DNA of 63,992 nt, the filler included, from an uncultured bacterium (GTDB lineage Bacteria; CAYSBA01): assembly GCA_964429075.1 (NCBI GenBank). It is 8 parts of 8 records of this genome, joined end to end, with 100 filler letters (N's around TTAATTAATTAA, not from the genome) between each part and the next. Parts side by side here need not be neighbours in the genome. Positions count along the whole stretch, not along the records: positions 58,476 to 63,992 come from CAYSBA010000105.1; 7 more parts are not named here. One strand, given 5' to 3'. The translations under genes and the position numbers were made by a program. Positions 63,267-63,992 of this stretch are shown in pieces. The number at the start of each line of letters is the position of its first letter. Within the stretch, counting starts at the first letter, position 1. The notes below the pieces were generated by a model. It worked only from the letters and a program-made list of their open reading frames with translations. It was not told where the DNA came from and did not search any database.

Positions 63267-63992
63267 ACTCTCTGAATGCATCCATCAATCTCTTCGTGAG
63301 TGGACCGGGAACCGGAGAAAAGTTATGCTGATCCACCTTAAAAACAGGCATGATCTCCTTAATTGTACCACACAAAAAGATCTCGTCTGCACTGTATATA
63401 TCCTCTTTTGTGAGATTCTTTTCAAATACTTCAATGTTTAGAGCTCTTGCAATCTCAATTACTATCCCTCGTGTAACACCTTCAAGGATACCGGCATTAA
63501 GTGGAGGAGTAAAAAGAGAGCCATCCTTTATTATGAATACATTACTCGTTGTAGATTCTGTTATGTAGCCATCTATATTTAACATAAGTGCGTCATCAGT
63601 GCCCTTTTCTTTGGCCTCTTTCAGAGCAAGGACATTATTAAGATAGTTGCCAGATTTGATTGCAGGATCAAGACTGCATCTTGGATTCCTCGTTATACCT
63701 ACAATAGAAAGACTGCAACCCTTTTTATAAAATCTGTCAGGAGGTGGATCTATCGGTTTAACAATAATAATTGTGTTTGGTGAATCTGCTAAGTTCACAT
63801 CAAGCCCTATTTCCCCGCAACCTCGTGTCACTATTATTCTAATGTATAGGTCCTTTTTGGATGATATAGAATTGATAAGTCTTTTTATATCTCTCAAGAG
63901 TCTATCTTTTGTAAATGGAAGTGATATACCTATCCTCGATGCAGAATTTGTTAGTCTTTTAAAGTGTCTTTCAAACATAAATGGTCTATTAT
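63250..63992 (-). CDS. class IV PLP aminotransferase (IlvE/Dat/PabC family; 5' end outside the window)
   Basis: H..RL..SA, YIRIIVTRG, KSGNYL, E.TTSN.F, ILEGVTR, ADEIFL.GT. Confidence 0.9.
   Translation of the reverse strand, partial: NRPFMFERHFKRLTNSASRIGISLPFTKDRLLRDIKRLINSISSKKDLYIRIIVTRGCGEIGLDVNLADSPNTIIIVKPIDPPPDRFYKKGCSLSIVGITRNPRCSLDPAIKSGNYLNNVLALKEAKEKGTDDALMLNIDGYITESTTSNVFIIKDGSLFTPPLNAGILEGVTRGIVIEIARALNIEVFEKNLTKEDIYSADEIFLCGTIKEIMPVFKVDQHNFSPVPGPLTKRLMDAFREYVKKA

Overview
This window is not one continuous locus. It is eight assembly contigs joined by seven 100-bp artificial linkers (44 N + TTAATTAATTAA + 44 N). The six complete contigs fall in length from 8418 to 7830 bp, as in a length-sorted MAG or draft, so gene adjacency across a linker means nothing. 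The DNA is AT-rich (roughly 35-40% GC by eye) and almost all housekeeping genes from a deltaproteobacterial-type organism with myxobacteria-like signalling genes (Ser/Thr kinase-PEGA, FHA and FHA-DUF4388 proteins, Cys-rich lipoprotein). Contents by contig: (1) orphan nuoH, cobO, xdhC, yacG, lnt, ffh, a glutaredoxin-thioredoxin reductase fusion, and a ThDP-enzyme/SSADH pair; (2) a nuoABCDHIJKL operon without nuoEFG; (3) kinase, stand-alone sigma region-4 gene, purH, purD, folK, bioF, mocA-like; (4) icd-mdh-sucCD-korD-korA-korC-ndk-mtnP, with no korB; (5) tRNA-Val, tRNA-Asp, hisC-hemE-hemN-hemH-hemY-yjbQ; (6) dsbA-like, gdhA-cNMP-HD-GYP, dapA-bamD, FHA protein, pgpA; (7) yceD-rpmF-fabH-fabD and rrf2-sufCBDSU; (8) aminotransferase, two-component pair, purM, tatBC. 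I found no mobile element or CRISPR array. The best candidate for something new is a complex I lacking the NADH module whose NuoI carries an extra RnfB/AcsC-type [4Fe-4S] domain. Also notable are an apparently rewired 2-oxoglutarate node (korB absent, OgdA/SsaD-like shunt), a Cys4 + RpoD-region-4 stand-alone protein, and a degenerate sigma54-type activator. All calls come from motif recognition only, with no database searches.
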